DNA from: Bdellovibrionales bacterium
GTDB taxonomy: Bacteria > Bdellovibrionota > Bdellovibrionia > Bdellovibrionales > UBA1609
Length of the DNA stretch: 64,000 nt
Assembly (NCBI GenBank): GCA_965199935.1
Contig: CBDATD010000002.1
Coordinates: 53,282 to 117,281, forward strand
Direction: 5' to 3'
Each line of letters begins with the position of its first letter. Position 1 is the first letter of the stretch. Below the pieces are notes generated by a model. The model was not told the origin of the DNA. It made no database searches and worked only from the letters and a program-made list of their open reading frames with translations. This document shows, piece after piece, positions 36,868-47,069 of the stretch. The position numbers and the translations under genes are program-made.

Positions 36868-37791
36868 ATGTCTTTTGAAGGTTCGGAAAAAAAATTTGAA
36901 ATTATACTCAACCCCCAGTCACAGAATTTGAGAGAATGCTCCTTTTATCCAAAGCTGTTGAAGAAAGCTAAAACTCAAGCTATCCGCCGATTTTCCAATT
37001 CTTGCTGCACAGCCTTTATACTTTCTGAATCCAGCTTGTTTGTGTGGGATCACCGGTTGATATTGATTACCTGTGGGAAGACAACGTTGTCTTCAGCTGT
37101 TCTCTATCTCGCTCGACAGATTGATAAAGAAAGCATTCAAGCCTTGTTTTTTCAAAGGAAAAATGAACTTTTTCCACTCGCTCAAAAGACAAGTTTTGAT
37201 TATGACGTCATTCAACTGAGAAGGCAGTTTGAAGGCAGAGCTTTGAGGTTTGGCCATTTGGATGAGCATCACTTTTTCTTGTTTCATCTGGAGCAGTCTT
37301 ATCTTCCCCACCCTCAAGATCATACAATAGAGATTTTAATGTATGATACTCAAGGGGAGTTGAATTCTTTATTTAAATCTTCACCAAAAGAAAAAAAGAT
37401 AAGATCAGTCTTAGATTTAGAATCTAGTTTTCCGGGATTCACTCTGCAAGACTATGCTTTTCGGCCTCAAGGCTATTCTTTGAACGCTTTAAGAGGGAGG
37501 GAGTATTATACTATTCATGTGACGCCGCAGGAGCCAGGATATTATGTCAGTTTTGAAACTAATATGCAAAATCCGTCAGAAGTTTTGAGTAAAGTCGTTC
37601 GCTTGTTTCGTCCTTCGCGGCTGGATGTTGTTGTTTTTTTTCCATTTTCTTATGAAGGGAGTTTTCCATCTGAATTGGATGGTTTTACTAGAAGCATTTT
37701 TAGCAAAAAGAGGCTGAACTGCGGCTTTGATGTTCATTTCTTGGCCTTTAGAAATGTTAAAACTCAAATCTCCTCTCCCTATTCTTGGTAA
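36868..37791 (+). CDS. speD: S-adenosylmethionine decarboxylase proenzyme, eukaryote-like type
   Basis: FEGSEKKFEI, LSESSLFV self-cleavage motif, ITCGKTT, GYSLN, TIHVTPQ...YVSFETN. Confidence 0.85.
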   Translation: MSFEGSEKKFEIILNPQSQNLRECSFYPKLLKKAKTQAIRRFSNSCCTAFILSESSLFVWDHRLILITCGKTTLSSAVLYLARQIDKESIQALFFQRKNELFPLAQKTSFDYDVIQLRRQFEGRALRFGHLDEHHFFLFHLEQSYLPHPQDHTIEILMYDTQGELNSLFKSSPKEKKIRSVLDLESSFPGFTLQDYAFRPQGYSLNALRGREYYTIHVTPQEPGYYVSFETNMQNPSEVLSKVVRLFRPSRLDVVVFFPFSYEGSFPSELDGFTRSIFSKKRLNCGFDVHFLAFRNVKTQISSPYSW

Positions 37792-37834
37792 GAAGCTTGA
37801 CTGTAGTTTTGAAAGAAAATAAAGTTCTTTCATT

Positions 37835-38245
37835 ATGAAAATCTGGATTGCTTCGGACCACCGCGGTCTGGCTTTAAAAGAAAATTTAAAAAGCAAATTT
37901 CCTCAGCAGGATTGGGAGGATCTGGGTCCTTTTTCATCAGCTCCTGTAGATTATCCTGATTACGCTGAAAAACTTTGCAAAAATTTGATAGATCCGGATC
38001 AAGGGGTTCTCGTCTGCGGTACAGGACAGGGAATGGTGATGAAGGCCAACCGCTCTAAGCATATTCGAGCGGCTCTCTGCTGGAATGAACAGAGTAGTTT
38101 ATTGGCCCGCCGGCATAACAATGCCAACGTTCTTTGCCTGCCGGGGGCCTTGATTTCTTTTGATTTATGTGAAAAAATTTTTAGGATTTTTAATGAAACT
38201 TCTTTTGAAGAAGGCCGTCATTTGAAGCGTGTTCAGAAATTATGA
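37835..38245 (+). CDS. rpiB: Ribose-5-phosphate isomerase B
   Basis: [36 protein letters not shown]. Confidence 0.93.
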   Translation: MKIWIASDHRGLALKENLKSKFPQQDWEDLGPFSSAPVDYPDYAEKLCKNLIDPDQGVLVCGTGQGMVMKANRSKHIRAALCWNEQSSLLARRHNNANVLCLPGALISFDLCEKIFRIFNETSFEEGRHLKRVQKL

Positions 38246-39483
38246 GTTTGAAAGATAAAGATGCAGAAGTCTTTTCTGCTCTTCAGGAGGAAGCTCAGAG
38301 GCAGAAGTTTGGTCTGGAAATGATTGCTTCGGAAAACTATGTATCCCCAGAGGTTTTAGAAGCTCAAGGTTCTGTGTTTACCAATAAGTATGCGGAGGGG
38401 TATCCGGGAAAACGCTACTACAGCGGCTGTGAAAATGTGGACGCTGTTGAAAGAATTGGAAAAAACCGCCTCAAGGAAATTTTTAATTGTGATCATGCGA
38501 ATGTTCAGCCTCACTCCGGTTCTTCCGCAAATATGGCTGTGTATTTTGCCGTCCTTAAACCGCAGGATGTGATTCTGGGAATGGATTTGTCGCAGGGGGG
38601 CCACCTCACTCACGGCTCTCCTGTAAACTTCAGCGGTTTTGTTTTTCAGGCTCAATTTTATGGTGTGGATGAGAAGACGCATTTGATAGACTATAATAAG
38701 ATTGAAGAGGCGGCAAAAAAATATAAACCGAAGTTATTAGTGGCCGGCCACAGCGCCTATCCTCGTTTTTTAGATTTTGAAAAATTTAAAAACATTGCTC
38801 AGCAGATCGGTTGTCCTTTGATGGTGGATATGGCGCATTTTAGCGGTTTGGCGGCCGGAGGTGTGCATCCTTCTCCTGTGCCGTACGCAGATCTGGTGAC
38901 TTCTACGACGCATAAGACACTGAGAGGCCCTCGCGGCGGAGTGATTTTATGTAAAAAAGAGTGGGCAAAGAAAGTGGATTCCAAAGTTTTTCCCGGAATA
39001 CAAGGCGGCCCCCTGCCTCATGTGATGGCGGCAAAAGCCGTTGCCTTCAAAGAAGCTTTGGAGCCTTCGTATAAAATCTATGTTCAACAAATTGTTAAAA
39101 ACGCCAAGTGTTTAGCGAAGAAGCTTACCCAAAAAGGATTTCATCTGGTGACAGGGGGGACAGACAACCATCTGCTGCTCATCAACTTAAATAATAAAAA
39201 TATCACTGGTAAGGAGGCGGGGGACGTTTTGCATCAATCCGGCATCACCGTCAATAAAAATACAGTGCCGGGAGAGACAAGGTCTCCTTTTACAGCCAGC
39301 GGCATCCGGTTGGGAACTTCTGCCGTGACGACGAGAGGGATGAAAGAAAAAGAGATGGAAATGATTGCTCATTGGATGGATCAAGCTGTCCGCCATCGAA
39401 CAAATGAAAAGAAAATTTTAGAAATTAAAAATGAAGTTCAAGAACTTTGCAGCCGGTTTTCTCTCTTTCATCAGGAAACATAG
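38242..39483 (+). CDS. glyA: Serine hydroxymethyltransferase
   Basis: [47 protein letters not shown]. Confidence 0.98.
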   Translation: MSLKDKDAEVFSALQEEAQRQKFGLEMIASENYVSPEVLEAQGSVFTNKYAEGYPGKRYYSGCENVDAVERIGKNRLKEIFNCDHANVQPHSGSSANMAVYFAVLKPQDVILGMDLSQGGHLTHGSPVNFSGFVFQAQFYGVDEKTHLIDYNKIEEAAKKYKPKLLVAGHSAYPRFLDFEKFKNIAQQIGCPLMVDMAHFSGLAAGGVHPSPVPYADLVTSTTHKTLRGPRGGVILCKKEWAKKVDSKVFPGIQGGPLPHVMAAKAVAFKEALEPSYKIYVQQIVKNAKCLAKKLTQKGFHLVTGGTDNHLLLINLNNKNITGKEAGDVLHQSGITVNKNTVPGETRSPFTASGIRLGTSAVTTRGMKEKEMEMIAHWMDQAVRHRTNEKKILEIKNEVQELCSRFSLFHQET

Positions 39484-39488
39484 AGCAG

Positions 39489-40022
39489 TTATTGAACATT
39501 TTCTATTCGAGCAATGTAGGGAAGGTTTCTGAATTCTTCCCGGTAATCCAGCCCATAGCCGATAAGGAAGGGATCTCCTGAAACTGTAAAGCCTACATGA
39601 TCTATTTTGATATTTTTTTGAATTTGATCTGGTTTAGATATGAGAGTGACCGTTGTAATGCTTTGAGGTTTTCTGGCTTTTAAGTGAGAGAGGATGCTGG
39701 TTAAAGTAATGCCGCGGTCCACGATATCTTCTACAAGGATGACATGTTTATCTTGCAGATCCACCTGTACATCTAAACTTAAACGCACTTCTGTAGAAGG
39801 TTTGTTTCTCAAGCCGTAGCTGGATGCAGAATAAAAATCACATAACACGTCCAGGTCCATAGCAGAAACCAAATCACAATAAAAGCGAAAAGAGCCTTTG
39901 AGCATTCCTATGGCGACCACTCGTTTGCCCTTAAAGGATTGAGTCAGCTGTTGAGCCATCTCTTTGATACGCTTGTGAATTTGGACTTGATCATAAACGA
40001 TAGATGTTTTTATATTTTCCAT
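39489..40022 (-). CDS. hpt: Hypoxanthine phosphoribosyltransferase
   Basis: GMLKGS, VILVEDIVDRGITL, FLIGYGLDY.E.FRNLP. Confidence 0.95.
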   Translation of the reverse strand: MENIKTSIVYDQVQIHKRIKEMAQQLTQSFKGKRVVAIGMLKGSFRFYCDLVSAMDLDVLCDFYSASSYGLRNKPSTEVRLSLDVQVDLQDKHVILVEDIVDRGITLTSILSHLKARKPQSITTVTLISKPDQIQKNIKIDHVGFTVSGDPFLIGYGLDYREEFRNLPYIARIENVQ

Positions 40023-40035
40023 GGTGGAGTGAAAT

Positions 40036-40920
40036 ATGGATCATAAGTCTGTATTGGTCAACGAAGTTTTAAGGCACTTTCAAAAGAACTGCGCTTCCAT
40101 GCTGGATGCAACGTTCGGCCGGGGAGGGCATAGTTTAGCTTTGAAAAAAAGACGGCCTCATTTAAAAATCATCGCTTTGGATCAAGATGTTGAGGCAGTC
40201 CGCTGGGGCAGAAAGCACTTTCGGTTTTCTAACTGTTGTATTTATCATTTGAATTTTCATTATTTCCATGAAAAAAAAGAGGAAATTTTTCTGAAACATT
40301 CCATTCAAGGAGGATTGGATATGATCCTTTTGGATCTGGGGCCCAGCTCTCCTCAATTGGATCAATCCGAGAGAGGATTCAGCTTTTACAAGGAGGGGCC
40401 GTTGGATATGAGGATGGATCAGTCCGCCCCGCAGACAGCCGGTGATATTATCAACCAAGCTCAGGCGGGGGAGTTGACTTGGATATTTAAGGAGTTGGGG
40501 GAAATCAGAAACCCAGGGTCTGTGGTTCGCTCCATCTTAAGGGAAAGAAAAAAACAACAAATTAAATCTACTGTGCAGTTGGCTCGTCTCATTGAGAAAA
40601 GTGTTCCCTGGAGAAACAAACATCCTGCAACTCCGTATTTTCTTGCTTTAAGGGTTCAGGTGAACAACGAATTGGCGGGGTTGAGAGAGTCTTTGCCTTT
40701 TTTAATTCAATCCTTGAAGGATCAAGGAAGAATTTTTGTCATCACATTCCATTCTTTAGAAGCCTGCATTGTAAAACAAATATTTAAGCAGTTCTCTTTG
40801 AAAAAGGAGGGGGTTTTAGTTAACAAGAAAGTGATACGCCCTTCCAGGGAGGAAATTTTGTCTAATCCAAGGAGCCGAAGCGCCCAACTGAGAATTTTCC
40901 AGAGGATGCAGTATGTCTGA
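40036..40920 (+). CDS. rsmH: 16S rRNA m4C1402 methyltransferase RsmH (MraW)
   Basis: HKSVLVNE, DATFGRGGHS, DLGPSSPQLD..RGFSF, PLDMRMD, NPRSRSAQLR. Confidence 0.97.
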   Translation: MDHKSVLVNEVLRHFQKNCASMLDATFGRGGHSLALKKRRPHLKIIALDQDVEAVRWGRKHFRFSNCCIYHLNFHYFHEKKEEIFLKHSIQGGLDMILLDLGPSSPQLDQSERGFSFYKEGPLDMRMDQSAPQTAGDIINQAQAGELTWIFKELGEIRNPGSVVRSILRERKKQQIKSTVQLARLIEKSVPWRNKHPATPYFLALRVQVNNELAGLRESLPFLIQSLKDQGRIFVITFHSLEACIVKQIFKQFSLKKEGVLVNKKVIRPSREEILSNPRSRSAQLRIFQRMQYV

Positions 40921-41200
40921 CTCTCTTCGCCCTTTCTTTAGTATTATGGTGATTATTATTTCCTTGTTTTTAATAGTTTTTGTCAAAATGGAGGCGCGTC
41001 GAATCAATTACTCTATTTTAAGGCAGAGCCGGCAGTATCGAATGTTATCGGATCGATACTACAAGGATTTAATGGATTATTTACAATTAACTCAAGGTTC
41101 GCGGCTTAACGATATTGCCCGCTCCCAGTTGACTTTAGACCGCGCCCGCAAAGGCCAGGTGATTTTGCTCGTGGGAGGTAAAATTGCCATCCCTCAATAA
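40913..41200 (+). CDS. ftsL: Cell division protein FtsL-like
   Basis: Position between rsmH and ftsI; single TM followed by coiled coil. Confidence 0.75.
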   Translation: MSDSLRPFFSIMVIIISLFLIVFVKMEARRINYSILRQSRQYRMLSDRYYKDLMDYLQLTQGSRLNDIARSQLTLDRARKGQVILLVGGKIAIPQ

Positions 41201-43196
41201 TTTTTTTAAATTCACTAGAAATCTTTTCCGCCCTTTTGCCCGCTGGGACGCTGTTTTATTTAAACGAGCGGATAAGAACAGGAGGATTTCAATTTTATGC
41301 GGTTTGATGGTTTTCTGCTCTTTGATTTTATGGTTTCGAGGGGCCGGGCTTCAGCTGTTTCCAGATGAAAAAATCATCAAGACAAAAAAAAAATTGTTTC
41401 AGAAAGTGGTGACCATTAAGCCCCGCCGGGGGATTATTTACGACCGTTATGGGAGAGAACTGGCCTTGTCTGTTTCCTCCTATTCTTTATTTGCGGATCC
41501 TTCTTTAATTAAAGATGCCCCCAAAACGGCCGGCCGCCTGTCTCGATGGATCAAAATCCCCCGTAAAAAGATCTTGAAAAAAATTAGAAATAAAAAAAGA
41601 CGTTTTGTTTGGATTAAACGGCATGTTTCGGACAAAGAAAAAGAAAAAATTCTTTCATGGAATATTCACGGTTTAGGTTTTATCGAGGAGCCCAAGAGAG
41701 TTTATCCTAATGGGGCTCTTATGTCTCAAGTATTAGGTTTTACAGGGGCTGACGGCCGCGGTTTGGAGGGATTGGAGCTGGTTTATGATGATTTGTTGAG
41801 GGGTACAGAGCAAAAAATTGTCACGCCTAGAGACGCTAGAGGGCGTCCTCTCTTTATTGACGGAGGGGTGTTTATCAACAAAACCAGGGGATCAGATATT
41901 TACTTAACCATTGACAGCGATTTGCAGTTTGTCTTGGAGAGGGAGCTTCAAGCAGTGATTAAATCTTTTAAAGCCCGTTCGGCTATGGGGTTGATTTTGA
42001 ATGCGCAAACATCAGAAATTTTAGCTTTAGCCCACTCTCCGAATTTCAATCCCAACAATCCCCTTCACTACTCTCCTGAGCTGTATCGCAATCGCATTTC
42101 AGCAGATTCTTTTGAGCCGGGCAGTACTTTTAAGACTTTTATCGCCGGGGCGGCGCTAAAGGAAAATACACCTCCCCACACTCTCATTGACGGGGGGGGA
42201 GGTCAGTTGAAAATCGGAAAGCATACCATCCGTGAAGCTGAAGCGGACCACAGCTATGAAAAAATTTCCATTTCTAAAATGCTGGCTGTTTCTTCCAATG
42301 TGGGAGCGGCGGCGCTGGCTTTGAAGCTGACAGATCAAGTGTTGTATTCATCTCTGAAAGAAATGGGTTTTGGAGAGAAAATGGGTGTGGATTTTCCTTT
42401 GGAAGGCAAAGGGGTGCTGCAGCCTCTTCCTTGGAGAAAGATTTTGACGGCGAATGTGGGTTTTGGCCAAGGGGTGTCTGCAACACCTCTTCAAATGACT
42501 GCTGTTTATACGGCTGTCGCCAATGGAGGAGTGTTGAAAAAACCTTATATACTGCATTCCACGATTCATTTAGGGGGGGCGAAAAAGAAAGTAAAAGAGT
42601 CTTCTGTGATCCGAAGGGTTTTTACTAAAGAACAATCGGAGGCTTTGACTTTTATGCTGACTCAAGCTGTTTCTCAAGAGGGAACGGGTTTTCGAGCCGG
42701 CATTAAAGGATTTTTAACAGCGGGCAAAACGGGGACAGCGCAAAAAACAGATCCTCAAAAAAGGGGGTATGCTCCAGGGAAATACATTTCCAGTTTTATT
42801 GGATTTGTTCCGGCGGACTCTCCTCGATTCGTTATTTACATTGCAGTGGATGAGCCTAAGACAAAGTTTTATGGTTCTACCGTCTCAGCTCCTGTGTTTT
42901 CTGCTGTGGGTTCTTATGCAGTTAGAAAGGCGGGGCTTTTGCCCTCTTTTGTGGAGGAGCCGGATGTCTTGATGTCTGCAAAAACTCCGGTCAAGCCTTT
43001 GATCAGAGAAAAAGTTTCCGAAGAAAAAACTCCCAATTTTACAAACCTCAGCCTCAGAGAGGCTTTTCAAAAAGCCAAGCAATTTAAAGTAAAACTGAGG
43101 GTGAGGGGTTCGGGGAGTGTTCGAACCACCATTCCTTTCTCAGGAGAGCCTTTGCCGGAAGACAGAATTATCACAATTATTCTGAACGACTCTTAG
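41184..43196 (+). CDS. ftsI: Penicillin-binding protein FtsI/PBP3 with PASTA domain
   Basis: RG.IYDR.G, R.YP, EPGSTFK, SSNVG, KTGTAQK; start uncertain. Confidence 0.93.
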   Translation: MPSLNNFFKFTRNLFRPFARWDAVLFKRADKNRRISILCGLMVFCSLILWFRGAGLQLFPDEKIIKTKKKLFQKVVTIKPRRGIIYDRYGRELALSVSSYSLFADPSLIKDAPKTAGRLSRWIKIPRKKILKKIRNKKRRFVWIKRHVSDKEKEKILSWNIHGLGFIEEPKRVYPNGALMSQVLGFTGADGRGLEGLELVYDDLLRGTEQKIVTPRDARGRPLFIDGGVFINKTRGSDIYLTIDSDLQFVLERELQAVIKSFKARSAMGLILNAQTSEILALAHSPNFNPNNPLHYSPELYRNRISADSFEPGSTFKTFIAGAALKENTPPHTLIDGGGGQLKIGKHTIREAEADHSYEKISISKMLAVSSNVGAAALALKLTDQVLYSSLKEMGFGEKMGVDFPLEGKGVLQPLPWRKILTANVGFGQGVSATPLQMTAVYTAVANGGVLKKPYILHSTIHLGGAKKKVKESSVIRRVFTKEQSEALTFMLTQAVSQEGTGFRAGIKGFLTAGKTGTAQKTDPQKRGYAPGKYISSFIGFVPADSPRFVIYIAVDEPKTKFYGSTVSAPVFSAVGSYAVRKAGLLPSFVEEPDVLMSAKTPVKPLIREKVSEEKTPNFTNLSLREAFQKAKQFKVKLRVRGSGSVRTTIPFSGEPLPEDRIITIILNDS

Positions 43197-43362
43197 GAAG
43201 CTTGCGTTGCCGTACTTTACGTTACCTTCGTGAAACTTAAGCCGCCCTTGTGGAGGCAGGGTCCAGTGTGTGAATTTGATAAAAATCTTGACAAAAAATG
43301 GGGGGGGGTAAAATGAAATATATTCTTTTCAGATAGAAGGGCAAGAAGCTGGTACATTTTAT

Positions 43363-45342
43363 ATGAAACTGCATACTTTATTTTGTCGTTCTCGTCTTCT
43401 TTGGGCTGTCTTTATCAAGACGCGGGTTCAAGCTGCATTGATCTTTTTCTTAAAGTTAAAAAGAAATTTTTGTTATTTAAGTTTTTTATCTGTAATTTTT
43501 TTAAGTTCTTTTTCAGTGTTAACTGATGAAAGTACAACAGAAGCAGGAGCTGTCTGCACAGTTGATTGTCCTTCCTCTCTTTTAAGCTCCGGCAATCAAG
43601 AGCTTTTTAGTCAAGTTCTTTCATCTTGTCCTCAGTTTTTGATTGAAAGATTTAAAAACAAAGATCAAAGATCCATGTGGATCTCAAACATCTCAGCAGA
43701 CAAAGAATGCTCTAAAGTTAAAGGAGCTGATTTTAAATCAGCAAAAAACTTTGAAAATTATCTGAAAAGAAAAGAGCCTTTTAGCAAGTTAAGCCCTCCT
43801 CTGGCTGTATCTAATTGTTTGAGTGGGTTGTCTGAAGATCAAAGACAGTCCTTTCTAGCAGATTATTATAACAGCTCTTATAGACTGGAGTCTGGACTGA
43901 ATCAAAGTCTTCAAAATATCTCATCTATAGACTCTCTGTTAGGAAATGAACCTTTAAAAAATACAGACTGTGAAAAGATAAAACTCTCAAAGACAGTCTT
44001 TCACCGGTGCCGAAAGCTTAAGACCTGCAGCAACTCAGATGGGGGTAAAGCTCTTCATAAAACAGCAGAAGACACACTTTTAGCCCTTAAAGGAATAAGA
44101 GCCATTGATAAGGAGCTAAAGACTTTAAGAAACTCTCAAGAGAGAAGAAAGAGAGCCAGGCGCGGCAAAAAGCTCTCATCTAAGACACAAGATGAACTTA
44201 AAAAGAAGATAAAAGACTTAGAAGATAGAAAAAGGGATCTCCAAGGTCTTTACCCCTGGGTTATGGGAAAAAAATTTAAAGATCAGTACAAAGAAAACAA
44301 AGACTACACAAAAGAAGAAATAGCTCAGCTTGTAAGAACACAGCTCTCTCATACAAGAGAAAAACTGACAGATGTTTTAAAGGAAACCCGCCAAGTGTAT
44401 GCTTGTGTGGTGCATAATACAGAGTGCAAAGATATAAATGAAAAGAAGATCAATGTTTCTTTAGCTAAAACTCCTCCTCTGGATAAAGAAAACATTTTTG
44501 GAAAAAAAGACAAGATCAAGGCTTTAAGCAGTAAAGAATTAGCTCAGTTAAGCGCTGTTCAAAAAAGAGAGTTAAAGCAAGATGCTATAGCTAGTGGTTA
44601 TTTTGAAGAGGCTCAGTGCAGAGAGAAGATCAGAGAGGATGTGAGCTATGTGAGAAAGGAGCTTGGTTTATTTGCGTTAGATGTGGGTCTAACGATTGCC
44701 ACAGTGGGTTTGGCAGGGGCGGCTATAACAGGAAAACTTGCGGTTAAGATGGGAAGCAAACTAGCTCCGAACATGACGAAAGCTCAAAGGATGAAAAACT
44801 TAGGGCTGATAGCAGTAGATGCCGGCTATTCTGGTCTTTATGCAGGAGAGGTGTTGGATCAATGCGGTGAGGATATAAACAAGCTGGAAAGCCTCGCAAC
44901 AGGTGAAGCAAAAACAAATACTTTATGTGAAAATCAACAATCAAGGGTCAAACACACGAGTGATCTTAGAAGCTGTATCCTTATGGCAAGTCTTGTATCA
45001 CTTCCTATCGCCTTGCCGGCAGCAGGACTGGGTGTGAGAGCTGTTCTGAAAACTAAATCAACTTTACCCAAATATGAAGTGAAAATTACTGATCAAGAGC
45101 TGTCTCCGGCAGGCAGCTCTCCTAAAAAGATCCAGCCAAATTCTGCTGGCGGGATAAGAGAAAAAGTTAAGAAGAATAAAAAGCGCTTGCTTAGCGCTTA
45201 TAATTCTATTCTGAATCCTCTGCCGGCAGATGAACAGGGGGTGGTGATGGAGGCTATTTTAGGAATGGAGTTAAAAAAAATGAGTTCTCAAAATATATCT
45301 GAAAAAGTAAGACGCGCCCTTCGCTCCTGCACAGTTAAATAA
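43363..45342 (+). CDS. Large hypothetical secreted Cys-rich helical protein
   Basis: 659-aa ORF, hydrophobic N-terminus, spaced Cys, two late hydrophobic Gly/Ala helices; start may be downstream. Confidence 0.75.
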   Translation: MKLHTLFCRSRLLWAVFIKTRVQAALIFFLKLKRNFCYLSFLSVIFLSSFSVLTDESTTEAGAVCTVDCPSSLLSSGNQELFSQVLSSCPQFLIERFKNKDQRSMWISNISADKECSKVKGADFKSAKNFENYLKRKEPFSKLSPPLAVSNCLSGLSEDQRQSFLADYYNSSYRLESGLNQSLQNISSIDSLLGNEPLKNTDCEKIKLSKTVFHRCRKLKTCSNSDGGKALHKTAEDTLLALKGIRAIDKELKTLRNSQERRKRARRGKKLSSKTQDELKKKIKDLEDRKRDLQGLYPWVMGKKFKDQYKENKDYTKEEIAQLVRTQLSHTREKLTDVLKETRQVYACVVHNTECKDINEKKINVSLAKTPPLDKENIFGKKDKIKALSSKELAQLSAVQKRELKQDAIASGYFEEAQCREKIREDVSYVRKELGLFALDVGLTIATVGLAGAAITGKLAVKMGSKLAPNMTKAQRMKNLGLIAVDAGYSGLYAGEVLDQCGEDINKLESLATGEAKTNTLCENQQSRVKHTSDLRSCILMASLVSLPIALPAAGLGVRAVLKTKSTLPKYEVKITDQELSPAGSSPKKIQPNSAGGIREKVKKNKKRLLSAYNSILNPLPADEQGVVMEAILGMELKKMSSQNISEKVRRALRSCTVK

Positions 45343-45371
45343 CTGCAAAGTTAAAGGGAAGAGGAAAAGTA

Positions 45372-46826
45372 ATGAAAAATAGTACAACAAAGAAAATTTT
45401 TAACAGATGTATTTTCACATTATTTTTATGCTTTTCAGAATTTTCATTTACGCAGCAACTCACTGAGAAAGAAAAAGTTGAATTTATTGAATCCTTAGCT
45501 CAACCATCCAGTGAAAAAAGAATATTTTACAGGTGGCAAAATGAAGAAGATATGAAAAAACTCTTAAAGTCCGGTGAATGGACACAAGATTTATATAATG
45601 ACTTTATGAATAGTCCACTTGATTCTCAGACAAAAGAATCACCGAGGAACACCGGTCTTTATGCTACTGGGTCTGTTCACTCTTCTAGAAACTTTGGAGA
45701 TACACTGATTCAAGTGGAGGTGGAACCGGGTTATAAATATTTGAATTTGGGGGACCCCTCTGTAAGAAGAAAATTAAAAGAGAAAGGGATTACTGAGATA
45801 GATTGGGCCGCATTAAATCCTAAAATAGGGATGAAGCGTGCAGATTGGCGGGTTTTTAAAAATAGAGAAGGGGTTCGTTTCAAGCCTTTTGACAGTAAAA
45901 AATTCAAATTGAAGGATTTATCAGACACCTATAGATATCTAAATATCAAACAAAAACAATTTTTCGCCTCTGCTGTGAAAGATGACATTGCTCAACGATC
46001 TGCTAGGGATCTTTCTGTTTTTAAAACCCCTTTTGTTTCTCTTGTGGAGGAAGAACATGGAAGAAAATATGTGTCGGGTAGAATCAATTCAAACATAAAA
46101 TCACTTATTGAACAAGATGAATCCCTTGAATCCATACAGGAAAAAATAAAACTTTGGAGTCCTTATCTGAACAGAGAAAACAAAATACAAATTCTTCGGC
46201 AAGCTTCCGCTCCCCCTGCTAAAATACGTTACTTCTTAACTGAGCTTAGGGGACATCTTAATTTAGAGGATGTTTTGGAAGTGTTAAAAAAAAATCCATT
46301 CCCCAACACTTTTTCCGATATGAGAAAATCAAAGGCTTATCAAAAAGACATTTTTACAGGAAGCATGCAAAAAGAGTTAATCAGAGGGACAAAGAATGTC
46401 CCCATCACATCCTTTGCGGATACTGCTATTCTTTTGGAAGGAATTCCCCTAACTGCAGAAGCTATCGAAAGATTAGTATCAACAACACCTTTTCACTCCG
46501 TGGCAGAAGTTGTAAGTTTCTCTACTTTTTCAGGTCATCATTTGTCTCAAAACGATTGGACAAATATTATAAAAAGAACACCTGTTGATTCTTTGGATGA
46601 TATCTTACAGTTGATAGTTCTAAATAAACGTGGAGCCCGGATGAGTGATATTGTGGATCGAGCTATTCCTTTGATTCATTCAACAAAGGACTTAAAGACC
46701 CTTCAGCCTTTACTAAGTCAGACACAGTATCAACATGTTCGTAAAGCTTTTCAAGTAAAAAAAAGGGAGACAAGATTAAGTTGCTTAAGGGCGATGTTAA
46801 AAAAATCTACTCCTTCCGTGAAATAA
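45372..46826 (+). CDS. Hypothetical secreted protein, N-terminal ADP-ribosyltransferase-like motifs plus helical C-terminus
   Basis: Signal-like N-terminus; FYRW ... GLYAT....SRNFG..LIQVEV pattern; function is inference. Confidence 0.7.
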   Translation: MKNSTTKKIFNRCIFTLFLCFSEFSFTQQLTEKEKVEFIESLAQPSSEKRIFYRWQNEEDMKKLLKSGEWTQDLYNDFMNSPLDSQTKESPRNTGLYATGSVHSSRNFGDTLIQVEVEPGYKYLNLGDPSVRRKLKEKGITEIDWAALNPKIGMKRADWRVFKNREGVRFKPFDSKKFKLKDLSDTYRYLNIKQKQFFASAVKDDIAQRSARDLSVFKTPFVSLVEEEHGRKYVSGRINSNIKSLIEQDESLESIQEKIKLWSPYLNRENKIQILRQASAPPAKIRYFLTELRGHLNLEDVLEVLKKNPFPNTFSDMRKSKAYQKDIFTGSMQKELIRGTKNVPITSFADTAILLEGIPLTAEAIERLVSTTPFHSVAEVVSFSTFSGHHLSQNDWTNIIKRTPVDSLDDILQLIVLNKRGARMSDIVDRAIPLIHSTKDLKTLQPLLSQTQYQHVRKAFQVKKRETRLSCLRAMLKKSTPSVK

Positions 46827-47069
46827 ACATATCCTGATTGTACGCAAGCGCTTAGAAAGGGAATGAAGACGTTTTTGCTGACATTTTGTTGGTACGTTAA
46901 ACAAAATAATTTCATTTGTATGAAAACAGGAGTCTAGTGTTATGTATGAAAAATGGACTCTTGCTTTTGTGGAGAAGGCCGATTTGCTGTTTTGTACACA
47001 AAAAAATGTCAGTTGATATTCTTCAATAGAAAATGGTAGAGTAGCATCCTTTTAAACCAATGATTAAAT

